DNA of 64,000 bases from NCBI GenBank assembly GCA_945875635.1, contig CAMCLD010000003.1, positions 62,651 to 126,650 on the forward strand. The letters run 5' to 3'. The notes below the pieces were generated by a model. That model was given only the letters and a program-made list of their open reading frames with translations, ran no database searches and was not told the DNA's origin. The DNA is from an uncultured Prevotella sp. GTDB taxonomy: Bacteria > Bacteroidota > Bacteroidia > Bacteroidales > Bacteroidaceae. Shown piece after piece: positions 10,126 to 19,162 of this stretch; within the stretch, counting starts at the first letter, position 1, and every line of letters begins with the position of its first letter. The translations under genes and the position numbers were made by a program.

Positions 10126-12465
10126 TCAATTGAAGAAATTCCAGCTTAGTCCAAAACGGAATATTCTTTGGTTGATTGGATAGTGTGGAGTAAGGAAAGC
10201 TTCTCCTCCTTCAGAGTAATTAACATGGCTCATCATGACAAAGAACCTCGTATGTTTAAGATGGAAGTTGGCATAGAGGTTTACTATAGGATAGTTACCT
10301 GTTTTCACCCTTACGTCCTTATTCTCCTGTACAACAAACTGACCAACACCCGGACAATACTCCGGTGCGAAATACTTAGTAAAATACCGCAGGTCAGCAC
10401 CAAAGTCACACTTCAGGACCTTGGCTATCTTAAACCTGAGATATAGATTAGAATATATATTGATGTCTGGAACGGCGACAGCATCCTCGTCACTTGAATG
10501 CTGATAGGTTATCTCGTTCTCCCAATTAATCTTTCCGAATGTGAAATCCTGCTTCAGTTGTACAGTCAAAATATTGAGACTGCTTGCCTGTCTTACACTT
10601 ACATCAGTGGAAACAGGTATCATGTCATTTCCCGACTGCACTAAATTGTATGTCTGTGCCAGATATGTGTAATTGCTAATCTGGTCAACAGCAAGCCTAA
10701 GGGATGTTCTTGTCAATCCGAAATTCAGCACTCCCTCTACACGTGAATGCACTATGTCATCAAGGTTGTCATTCTGCCATGCGAAATGCTTGCTTTGGAA
10801 TTTCTCATAATAAAAAAATGGTTTATATTTATGGAACATTCCATTAGCCTCAAGGCGCACACTATCTCCGAACAATGGAAAGTTCAGGTCTGCATTGGCA
10901 GATACGTTTATATCACCGGCTTCATCTCCAGCTACACCAATTTCTCCTGTAGCCACATAGTGCAGAGTCCTTCCCTGTGCCTTTGTGAGTTGTCCACCAA
11001 CGTAGTACGAGTTTTCCGTATAGCCATTATATCCTCTTTCTGTATTTGGCAGAGTGAAATGGCGCAGGCTGTTTGTTCCATATATTTTAACTCCTGCTTT
11101 AGCCCATTTGTTGAATCCTTCAAGAAGGGCAATGCCAACTGTATTCTTCAAATGCCAGTGTCTGGTCTTATCGAATATTGAGTCACCAAGAAATTTACCT
11201 ACTTCTCCAAAATCATTCAGATAAAAACCATCAGGTGTATCGTAGGCCTGATATATTCGCCGCAGATTCTCAAAATTAAGTGTATGTATTATACTCGTCA
11301 CTGGTACATACTCGTCCTTTAGCCAAGTAGTATCATTATTGGCACTTTCTGATATTGCGATAAGGCTGTCAGCCTCAGCTTTTCCATTCACGACAATCCT
11401 GCCTTCATCTGCAGTCACTCCTACTAACGGAGAGTCGCCTTGGACAACAGCATCGTCTGGTCTGCCGGCTGAACGCATCTGCTTGTCATATTCTTCTTCG
11501 TCAAAATCCTCATTGTTCTTTTCAGCAAGACGTCTTGCACGCTCCTTAGCCTCCCTTGCTTCTTGCTCTTTCTTTGCCTTGATGGCAAATTTCCTTGCCT
11601 CTATCTCTTCTGGAGTCATCGGCACTTTCCTCATGAATCCGAAACTGTAACGATGGTTGAAGAATACAGACTTGCTGTCGTTTCTATTCCAGTTTCTACT
11701 GAGAACGGTAGGTATCTCCTCCTCTGTGAACGACTCGTTGAAGCTCTCTGGCGCTGTGATATACTCATCATTGGTTATACCACCATTTTCAGCGACTTTC
11801 TGATAATTGAGTCCAGCAAGGAAATGAGCCTGATATCTGTCTCCGAGATACGAACCGTAAAGAGAGTAGTTAAAATGAGATGTGCTCTGGTTGCTGTAAT
11901 ATCCACGACCATATATATAGTCGAACTTAAATCCCACACCAAGTCTCTTGCCGGCATTGACGGCAAACAGTGCTTTGAAATGGTCCTCACCATTTGTCCT
12001 GTCACCAGCTGAGTTATATGACAAATTGGTTATTGGAGACAAGGTGTTTGTAAAATGGAATTCCTCTGGCTTAAAACCGAAGAAGTCGTATGGATTGCTG
12101 AATATAAAATCACCGAAATCGCTTCTGTCTATGAAGATTCGATTTATTCGCGGAGAGCCAACATTCCCCAACGTATTATACTCGCCATGCAAACCCGTCG
12201 TGAAAATTGTATTCATGAACATGTGGGATAGAGTGTCTGGAGTAGTACTTCTGATATCTCCGAAACGCTTATCGACGGTCCATACCTTTAGTCCCTTTGG
12301 AATCTCCTTATGCTGACTCTGAATACTGTCAGAACGTCCTTTGTTTGGGCGGTCAAAACCAGACGGAGTATATATTCCGTCATCTGTCAACTGGTTGTAG
12401 TCCTGAGCATAAGCCGTCTGAAAAAATGTGACGGCAATCATTATTGGCAATAAAACTTTTCTCAT
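10126..12465 (-). CDS. Outer-membrane beta-barrel protein (putative porin family)
   Basis: Signal peptide MRKVLLPIMIAVTFFQTAYAQ, alternating beta-strand pattern, C-terminal FRFGLSWNFFN. Start placed at 12465 because of an ATGA overlap with the upstream gene (ORF track uses 12489). Confidence 0.75.
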   Translation of the reverse strand: MRKVLLPIMIAVTFFQTAYAQDYNQLTDDGIYTPSGFDRPNKGRSDSIQSQHKEIPKGLKVWTVDKRFGDIRSTTPDTLSHMFMNTIFTTGLHGEYNTLGNVGSPRINRIFIDRSDFGDFIFSNPYDFFGFKPEEFHFTNTLSPITNLSYNSAGDRTNGEDHFKALFAVNAGKRLGVGFKFDYIYGRGYYSNQSTSHFNYSLYGSYLGDRYQAHFLAGLNYQKVAENGGITNDEYITAPESFNESFTEEEIPTVLSRNWNRNDSKSVFFNHRYSFGFMRKVPMTPEEIEARKFAIKAKKEQEAREAKERARRLAEKNNEDFDEEEYDKQMRSAGRPDDAVVQGDSPLVGVTADEGRIVVNGKAEADSLIAISESANNDTTWLKDEYVPVTSIIHTLNFENLRRIYQAYDTPDGFYLNDFGEVGKFLGDSIFDKTRHWHLKNTVGIALLEGFNKWAKAGVKIYGTNSLRHFTLPNTERGYNGYTENSYYVGGQLTKAQGRTLHYVATGEIGVAGDEAGDINVSANADLNFPLFGDSVRLEANGMFHKYKPFFYYEKFQSKHFAWQNDNLDDIVHSRVEGVLNFGLTRTSLRLAVDQISNYTYLAQTYNLVQSGNDMIPVSTDVSVRQASSLNILTVQLKQDFTFGKINWENEITYQHSSDEDAVAVPDINIYSNLYLRFKIAKVLKCDFGADLRYFTKYFAPEYCPGVGQFVVQENKDVRVKTGNYPIVNLYANFHLKHTRFFVMMSHVNYSEGGEAFLTPHYPINQRIFRFGLSWNFFN

Positions 12466-12695
12466 CTGTGCATAAAGCGTAAGGCACATTCCACAATCTT
12501 GAATACCATCGAGCCAAGGATGATGTATGTACCCACCCTTTCTTCAGCAAAGAAATATACACACATGCCTACTATGGCCCCTATCATGAATATTATGTTC
12601 AGCCACTGACGCATCAAAGTAGTAATGTCTCGTTCCTGCTCATTTCGTCTATGGCGTTCTGGAAACTCTGTTTTCGTTATTTCGTTATCTGTCAT
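12462..12695 (-). CDS. Small two-TM hypothetical membrane protein
   Basis: 77 aa with two hydrophobic helices. Its TGA overlaps the ATG of the next gene. Confidence 0.7.
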   Translation of the reverse strand: MTDNEITKTEFPERHRRNEQERDITTLMRQWLNIIFMIGAIVGMCVYFFAEERVGTYIILGSMVFKIVECALRFMHR

Positions 12696-12768
12696 GATTC
12701 ATTTCTTTTTTTTAAAAACCGTCAGTCATTCTCCACCCTCACATTAGGAAGTAGAGGATGTCAGACAA

Positions 12769-13821
12769 TTATAGGATATAAGCTTTGATATCCTTGAAAA
12801 GTTCATCTTTCCTGTCAATAGTCTTTTTCCTGAATTTACCACATATTGGATATAACCGAGTATGTTTCTTGTTGACAGCCACATCGTCAGTAATCCATTC
12901 CTCAGCCTTGTACCTTTCCGTTTTGTTGCCTTGGGTATATGTGTAATTAACACGCTGCATAATGACCTCAAGATGTTCGTCCGTGCATACCGTCTGTAAT
13001 ACATAATTCAGTTCTGCCCTGTCCAACGATATGAACGTATGGGAAAACACCAGCCATTCCTGCATAACGACCGCTATCTTGTGCTCATTCTCGTTTACCA
13101 AAGCTATCTTGCTGCGTTCCAGCATATCCTTTCCTCTTGTCAATGTGTTATAGAATGACAGCATCTCCTTGTAAATCTGGGATGAACTCTTGCCTGGAAC
13201 ATCAAGACTGAGTTTCCAGCAAACATCTCCATCAACAACAGGAACGGCATCCATGGCAAGATATTTGTCATTGAGCTGTGTGTCATCTTCCTTTCTGGTT
13301 TCTTCTTTGACAATAGCTATTTCCGACTCCTCCGGTGCTTTCCAATTATTAGTGACATCTTCTTCTCTTGTCTTATCGGTAACGCCAGAGTCCTCTTTGG
13401 ATTGTATATTCTCAATTACATCTTTGGTATTGGCTTCAGCTTCTCTTGCATTTTCAGTTGCCTCCACACTAACCTTCTCAGCTGCTTTACGTGTCTCTTC
13501 TGCTTCTGCCCTCATCTTCTCAGCTGCTTTACGTGCCTCTGCAGCTGCGGCTTCAGCAGCTTCTTGTGCTGCCTTGGCTGCCTCCTGCGCTGCCTTTGCC
13601 GCTTCTTGTGCCGCTTTTGCCTTGGCTTCGGCTTCAGCTTGCAGAACAGACAATCGACTCTGACTGTCATCTACCGACTGTGCACTTGCAGCCAGGGAGA
13701 AAGATACAAACAACAAAACGAATGATAAAAACAAGAAATACATCCTACCTTTTCCCACCATGGAATAATGACACTTCCTGTTCTGCCCATCAAGCTTGGA
13801 TGAAACGATTATATTCTCCAT
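12769..13821 (-). CDS. Exported protein with an Ala/Glu/Lys coiled coil and a DUF4468-like C-terminal domain
   Basis: Signal peptide ending LAASAQ, (AAQEAAK)3 repeats, C-terminal YLAMDAVPVVDG...AEEWITD. The true start may be M21 or M27. Confidence 0.7.
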   Translation of the reverse strand: MENIIVSSKLDGQNRKCHYSMVGKGRMYFLFLSFVLLFVSFSLAASAQSVDDSQSRLSVLQAEAEAKAKAAQEAAKAAQEAAKAAQEAAEAAAAEARKAAEKMRAEAEETRKAAEKVSVEATENAREAEANTKDVIENIQSKEDSGVTDKTREEDVTNNWKAPEESEIAIVKEETRKEDDTQLNDKYLAMDAVPVVDGDVCWKLSLDVPGKSSSQIYKEMLSFYNTLTRGKDMLERSKIALVNENEHKIAVVMQEWLVFSHTFISLDRAELNYVLQTVCTDEHLEVIMQRVNYTYTQGNKTERYKAEEWITDDVAVNKKHTRLYPICGKFRKKTIDRKDELFKDIKAYIL

Positions 13822-13899
13822 ATAAATTAATATCTATTATTTTACCCTATGATTGTTATCTTCCGATTAGCAAGTTCTATATTTGCTTACAATAGGATG

Positions 13900-13907
13900 C
13901 AAAAATA
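13900..13907 (-). promoter_or_regulatory. -7 promoter element for the DUF4468-like gene
   Basis: Minus-strand TATTTTTG. Confidence 0.5.
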
Positions 13908-14108
13908 CTATATTTTATCGAGATTGTATGCATCTGTAAGTAAAAATTAACTCATTTTTTAATCACCTCTTGTTTGACATAACAGTTCCATCTGTTATTT
14001 TAACGTTAGTGTTAGAGCTTAAGTCTCACCGGTAAGTATTACACTTCTATTTGGACATCGCAACTTACAAGTAGATATGGCCAAGCATCACTTTACTCGT
14101 TTCCTTCT

Positions 14109-15122
14109 TTACTCCCTCATACCTTTTATCGTGATATAGATAATTACCGGAGCTCCGATTAATGGTGTAACAGAATTAAGGGGTAGCATTCCACCTGCCA
14201 CGGGGACAGAGCATATCACATTGCACACCAAAGCAATGACGGCACCAAAAAGGATTGTGAACGGAAGAAGCACACGATGGTTGTCTGTCTTTATAAAAAG
14301 ACGTGAGATATGTGGTACAGCCAGTCCAATGAATGAGACAGGACCACAGAAGGCAGTTACTACAGATGTCAACACTCCGGTTATCACCAATATGGAATTA
14401 CGTAATCGTTTCGTATTGAATCCAAGATTCTCTGCATAATATTCTCCCAGGAGAAGCGCATTGAGCGGTTTCACCATGAAGACAGAAGCTGTAAGTCCTA
14501 ATGATACGAGTATAACAAATAAAGGCATACGTTGCATTGACACGCCAATGAAGCTTCCCATGCCCCAAACAATATACGACTTGACACCTTCAGCCACTGC
14601 AAAGGAACTGGTAATTGTCGTTACAGCCGAGGTGAGATAACCTATCATCATTCCAGCTATTAGCAATGTTACATTGCCCCTAAGGAAATTAGAGAGCATG
14701 AATATTATTATAGTAACACACATGGCTCCCATGAAAGAAGCCATCAAGACAGCAATAAATCCTCCAAGTGACATGCTTCCAATAGACACACTGCCTCCCA
14801 TAACGAGCATTACTATGGCAACACCCATGCCCGCACCTCCATTAATGCCGAAAACAGAGGGACCTGCAAGAGGATTACGGAAAGCTGTCTGCAACAGCAA
14901 TCCACTTGATGACAATGCCGCTCCTGCAAACATGGCTGTCAATGCCTGTGGAAGCCTGACAGAAGTTACTATATAATGCCATACTGGATTGGTATCGGAG
15001 GTTCCTGACAATATTCCCAATACATCTGAAATGGGAATACGGACAGCCCCAAGCATCAAGCTGACAGCAAACAGTACTAAAAGCAATAAAGTCAATATCA
15101 AGAACTTAAAACTATTCATCAT
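14109..15122 (-). CDS. FecCD/BtuC-family ABC permease (iron-chelate or cobalamin)
   Basis: RLPQALTA, FRNPLAGPSVFGINGGA, LLLGEYYAENLG, GPVSFIGLAVPH. Confidence 0.92.
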   Translation of the reverse strand: MMNSFKFLILTLLLLVLFAVSLMLGAVRIPISDVLGILSGTSDTNPVWHYIVTSVRLPQALTAMFAGAALSSSGLLLQTAFRNPLAGPSVFGINGGAGMGVAIVMLVMGGSVSIGSMSLGGFIAVLMASFMGAMCVTIIIFMLSNFLRGNVTLLIAGMMIGYLTSAVTTITSSFAVAEGVKSYIVWGMGSFIGVSMQRMPLFVILVSLGLTASVFMVKPLNALLLGEYYAENLGFNTKRLRNSILVITGVLTSVVTAFCGPVSFIGLAVPHISRLFIKTDNHRVLLPFTILFGAVIALVCNVICSVPVAGGMLPLNSVTPLIGAPVIIYITIKGMRE

Positions 15123-15157
15123 GTTTCATCTTTAACAAAGACGTTGCAACCAGAATG

Positions 15158-16270
15158 TCACTTCGTCACTTTCCTATAATAGATTGTCTTGCCATTTCCA
15201 AGCTCTGGATGGACAATCGCCACAAGGTCGCGAAGAAGCAAATCTGGTCTGAAAGATATATCGTCAAAATACGGCACAGACAATGTATTGACAGTCCATA
15301 TGTTTCTTTCACGCCATGCTCTCATCATCCTGTATGCATCGTTCTCATTACCAATACTTTCATAAGAGATGTCATCATCCATAACATTGAACAACCACAC
15401 ATCAGACTCGCCAGCTTTGTCCAAGACTTCCTCAACTGACTTAGGAAGACTACCTCCATGAGTATCTGATGAGAACGGATAAGAACCTCCTGCATCTATT
15501 ATGGCATGTGCCATACTGCTATTTCCACCTGGCACATACCAAGTACCACCCATCACACGCTCTGTTATGACAGACGGATGTGATGAGGCAGCCCGAGCCT
15601 GTTCACTCAATCTCTGGTATTCACTTTCTACATTGCTGAACAGAGAGTCTGCCTCACGCTCTTTACCGAAAAGTATTCCATAAAAGCGCATCCATTCCGC
15701 CCGTCCCAATGCCGATGTCTCCATATAATCGGCACATTCTACAATTGGAGCTCCTGCTTCCTCTATTATTCCATAACCTCCACTATTCTCGTATGGTGTA
15801 ACGAAAATGGCATCTGGCGTCAAACTGATTATCTTTTCAACATCTGGTGACAATGACGCCCCACAATCCATTACTTTTAACCTATCGATTCCTGTTTTGA
15901 CAACAGGCGACACGATGTATTCCTTGTCAGCTATACCCGCAATCCTGTTTCCTGCTCCAAGACTGAAGGCAAGAGATACGTGAGGAGACGAGAAAACGAC
16001 GGCTCTGTCAAACGGAATGTATAAAGCCGTACCATCTGGCAAATCAGATGAAATAGCAGAGTCTTTCCTTTCAACAAGGACATAACGGTGCAGGACTTTT
16101 GATGAATCCCACGGGCTGACAAGCGTTGCAACACGGAAATTCCCCACCATATCAATGGATATATTCCTTGCATATTTGAAGCCGTCACCTCTTCCAATAA
16201 CATTATTCTCATTGGCACATGACAGAATAAGGAAGAGAAACAACATAAAAGCACATACTTTCCGAATCAT
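15158..16270 (-). CDS. BtuF/FecB-type substrate-binding lipoprotein
   Basis: Lipobox ILSC; EKIISLTPD; YMETSALGRAEW; PDLLLRDLV. Adjacent to the permease. Confidence 0.88.
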   Translation of the reverse strand: MIRKVCAFMLFLFLILSCANENNVIGRGDGFKYARNISIDMVGNFRVATLVSPWDSSKVLHRYVLVERKDSAISSDLPDGTALYIPFDRAVVFSSPHVSLAFSLGAGNRIAGIADKEYIVSPVVKTGIDRLKVMDCGASLSPDVEKIISLTPDAIFVTPYENSGGYGIIEEAGAPIVECADYMETSALGRAEWMRFYGILFGKEREADSLFSNVESEYQRLSEQARAASSHPSVITERVMGGTWYVPGGNSSMAHAIIDAGGSYPFSSDTHGGSLPKSVEEVLDKAGESDVWLFNVMDDDISYESIGNENDAYRMMRAWRERNIWTVNTLSVPYFDDISFRPDLLLRDLVAIVHPELGNGKTIYYRKVTK

Positions 16271-16274
16271 GATA

Positions 16275-16282
16275 CAAAGTTA
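16275..16282 (-). promoter_or_regulatory. -7 promoter element only 4 nt before the start codon
   Basis: Minus-strand TAACTTTG-tatc-ATG. Confidence 0.6.
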
Positions 16283-16408
16283 ATGCAAGACTGAATAAGG
16301 ACAAAATAAAAAACAATGTTTTTTTTACAACTCATGAAAAGACGAGGAGATTGAATCATAATATTGAAAAAATATACGTCAGAAAAGGCATATTTCAAAT
16401 ATAATTAG

Positions 16409-16416
16409 TAACTTTG
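16409..16416 (+). promoter_or_regulatory. -7 promoter element for the DASS transporter gene
   Basis: TAACTTTG in the divergent intergenic region. Confidence 0.6.
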
Positions 16417-16460
16417 CCGCTGTTTTTAATGTGAACTAATTATCAAACCTACATAACATA

Positions 16461-18422
16461 ATGGATACAGAAAAGACAAGTCTCTTAGACAACAGCTACT
16501 CAAAAAAGAAAATGCTTGAGTTAGCTGTGATTTTGTTAGTGACAGCAGTAATATGGTGTCTTCCTCTTGACTCATTCGGAATAGAGGGACTTACAATCAT
16601 CCAACAGCGTGTAATTGCAATTTTTGTATTTGCCACCCTGTCATGGCTTACGGAAGCCATACCATCATGGGCGACATCGCTTGCCATCATCACAATAATG
16701 TGCTTTACGGTGTCAAACAACAGTCTGTCGTGCTTTAAGGAAACTTGTGCAAAACTGCAAGCAAACGACAAGGAACTGCAAGTTACAAAGGACATTAAGT
16801 TCACAAGCGGCATCTACGACTCTGACAAAATAGTGTTCGACAGGAACGAGAAGACTCTAATACTGAACGGCAAGAATATCATCATGAAACTGCCAGAGAT
16901 GAAAAAGGGTGAAACAGTGCTGGTGACATATCTCGCAAAGGAAGGAGAGAAAGGCTATTTGGCTGGCTCAAAGAACACCGTCGTTAAAGGCGGCAAGACA
17001 ACTGACGACAGCAAAACATTAATGGCAAGTGTCACAAAAGACGGCCCTGTTTACTTCACTACAAAAGGAGGAGCACTCCACCTGAAATCAATAGAACTGC
17101 TGGAAAGTAGTGGGAAAGACTCCAAGAGTGACAGGAAATGGGATTTTGAAGACATGAGTGATGATGACCTGCGCTCGCTTGCAGCAGACAACCAGACATG
17201 GATATGCAAAGACAACGCATACAGCAACAAGGACTTGATAGAAGGTGCAGATTTTGGTTCTGAGCTGAGCTCGACTGAAATTATGGCTACTTTCGCCAAT
17301 CCTGTAATCATGCTTTTCCTCGGAGGCTTTATCCTTGCCATTGCTGCAACAAAATCAGGACTTGACGTATTGCTGGCAAGAAGCCTTATAAAACCTTTCG
17401 GAAACAAGAGCGAGAATGTTCTGCTGGGCTTCCTCCTTATTACTGGAGTATTCTCTATGTTTGTATCCAACACCGCCACGGCTGCCATGATGCTTACATT
17501 CCTCACGCCAGTGTTCGCCGCTCTTCCAGCAAGCGGAAAAGGAAGGATTGCACTTACTCTGTGCATTCCTGTGGCAGCAAATATCGGTGGAATAGCAACA
17601 CCTATCGGTACTCCTCCCAATGCCATCGCCGTTCAGGCTCTCAACGACACGCTTCACATGAGCATTGGTTTTGGACAATGGATGATGGTCATGTTCCCAT
17701 TTGTCATCCTGATGCTTTTCATATCATGGTTTATCATCAAGAAACTCTTCCCATTCTCCAAAAAGACCATAGAACTTGACATTACAGGAAATGTACATAA
17801 AGGATGGAGAATGTGGGTCGTTTCCATAACATTCATCGTAACAATACTCATGTGGCTTCTTGACCGTGTCACAGGTGTTGACGCCAACACAGTGGCACTC
17901 ATACCAATGGGAGTATTCGCAATCACTGGTGTCATAACAGCAAAAGACCTTCAGTCTATTGACTGGAGCGTTATCTGGATGGTGGCAGGAGGATTCGCAC
18001 TCGGACTTGGACTTAACTCTTCAGGACTTGCCGCTGCGGCTATTGACTCTATACCATTCGCAAAATGGAGTCCGCTGATGATTTTGATAGCTTCAGGTCT
18101 TATCTGCTATGTTCTTTCAAACTTCATATCAAACACAGCCACAGCCGCACTTCTCGTGCCGATACTTGCAGTCGTATGTACTGGAATGGGAGACTTGCTT
18201 GGCTCTATAGGTGGTACCAGCACTATCATCATTGGTATTGCTTTGTCTGCATCAAGTGCCATGTGCCTTCCTATTTCCACACCTCCCAATGCCATTGCAT
18301 ACTCGACAGGACTTGTAAAACAGAACGACATGCTGAAAATAGGACTTATCATAGGTGTACTCTGCATGGTGATTGGTTATGGAATACTATATCTTGTAGG
18401 CATATCCCACTTGTTCGGATAA
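16461..18422 (+). CDS. DASS/SLC13 anion:sodium symporter with an inserted soluble domain
   Basis: WLTEAIP, MLFLGGF, VSNTATAAM, TPIGTPPNA, ISNTATAALLVP and ISTPPNAIAY motifs. A hydrophilic stretch spans about aa 93-265. Confidence 0.9.
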   Translation: MDTEKTSLLDNSYSKKKMLELAVILLVTAVIWCLPLDSFGIEGLTIIQQRVIAIFVFATLSWLTEAIPSWATSLAIITIMCFTVSNNSLSCFKETCAKLQANDKELQVTKDIKFTSGIYDSDKIVFDRNEKTLILNGKNIIMKLPEMKKGETVLVTYLAKEGEKGYLAGSKNTVVKGGKTTDDSKTLMASVTKDGPVYFTTKGGALHLKSIELLESSGKDSKSDRKWDFEDMSDDDLRSLAADNQTWICKDNAYSNKDLIEGADFGSELSSTEIMATFANPVIMLFLGGFILAIAATKSGLDVLLARSLIKPFGNKSENVLLGFLLITGVFSMFVSNTATAAMMLTFLTPVFAALPASGKGRIALTLCIPVAANIGGIATPIGTPPNAIAVQALNDTLHMSIGFGQWMMVMFPFVILMLFISWFIIKKLFPFSKKTIELDITGNVHKGWRMWVVSITFIVTILMWLLDRVTGVDANTVALIPMGVFAITGVITAKDLQSIDWSVIWMVAGGFALGLGLNSSGLAAAAIDSIPFAKWSPLMILIASGLICYVLSNFISNTATAALLVPILAVVCTGMGDLLGSIGGTSTIIIGIALSASSAMCLPISTPPNAIAYSTGLVKQNDMLKIGLIIGVLCMVIGYGILYLVGISHLFG

Positions 18423-18446
18423 GGCGAATTTAGAATAACAGCAAAC

Positions 18447-18519
18447 TGGAATACAAATCCCACTAAGGCAGCAATAAGAAAACAATGCCTTTCTTTAGGA
18501 TTTGTATTCCAATTTTTTT
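18447..18519. terminator. Long inverted repeat between convergent genes, probable bidirectional terminator
   Basis: TGGAATACAAATCC (18447-18460) / GGATTTGTATTCCA (18498-18511), inner AAGGCA/TGCCTT, followed by a T-run. Confidence 0.6.
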
Positions 18520-18544
18520 CTCAAATCTAATAACCGATTTGGGG

Positions 18545-19162
18545 TTATAGGTTGAATGCATATTTTACAGTCTCATACACCTCGAGAAACATCATAAGGA
18601 CAGGAATCAAAGGTGCAACACAACGTATGCCCCAGACTATAGCATTGAATATGGAAGTGATATTACCAAAGGTTCCACAAATAACGCCATAGGAAATAGA
18701 ACATACTGCAACCGTTGCCGTGAGTGTTGAAACTATCGATTTTGAGAATGGACCAGGAAAGAGATCTCCATTGACATTGGCAAGAACAGCATGTGGCAAG
18801 CATGTAAGGAGAAACATCATCACCATAACTATAACCATCTCTCCAAAAACTATTCGCAGAGCCAGTTTGTGCTGGAAGAGGAAGGGTTTCCTAACATCAT
18901 CTCTATTCTTCCCAAAAGATAGCAGGCCGCTTTTAACCAATAGACCAAGACCAACAGACAACAATAACAGCCATGCCAGAGGCTCTGAAATAACATTGGA
19001 CACAGAAGTGGCAAACAACCATCTCACTCCATCGCTTCCCATAAGGGAATTGACAGAAAGGTCTGGTCGAAGAGTGCTTATCATCCATGAAAGAATTATG
19101 ACAAACAACTCAAGGCATATTAGCGACACAAACGAATAAGTCAGAATCCTGTTAGTCTTCAT
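18545..19162 (-). CDS. Short AbgT-like membrane protein
   Basis: VNSLMGSDGVRWLF...PLAWLLLLSVGLGLLVKSGL resembles the AbgT N-terminal motif; LFPGPF..SIV; about 5 hydrophobic segments; 205 aa. Confidence 0.6.
   Translation of the reverse strand: MKTNRILTYSFVSLICLELFVIILSWMISTLRPDLSVNSLMGSDGVRWLFATSVSNVISEPLAWLLLLSVGLGLLVKSGLLSFGKNRDDVRKPFLFQHKLALRIVFGEMVIVMVMMFLLTCLPHAVLANVNGDLFPGPFSKSIVSTLTATVAVCSISYGVICGTFGNITSIFNAIVWGIRCVAPLIPVLMMFLEVYETVKYAFNL

Noticed and set aside
16271-16460. Cobalamin riboswitch upstream of the BtuF/BtuC-like genes
   Set aside because: No B12-box motifs recognised, and the promoter abuts the start codon.
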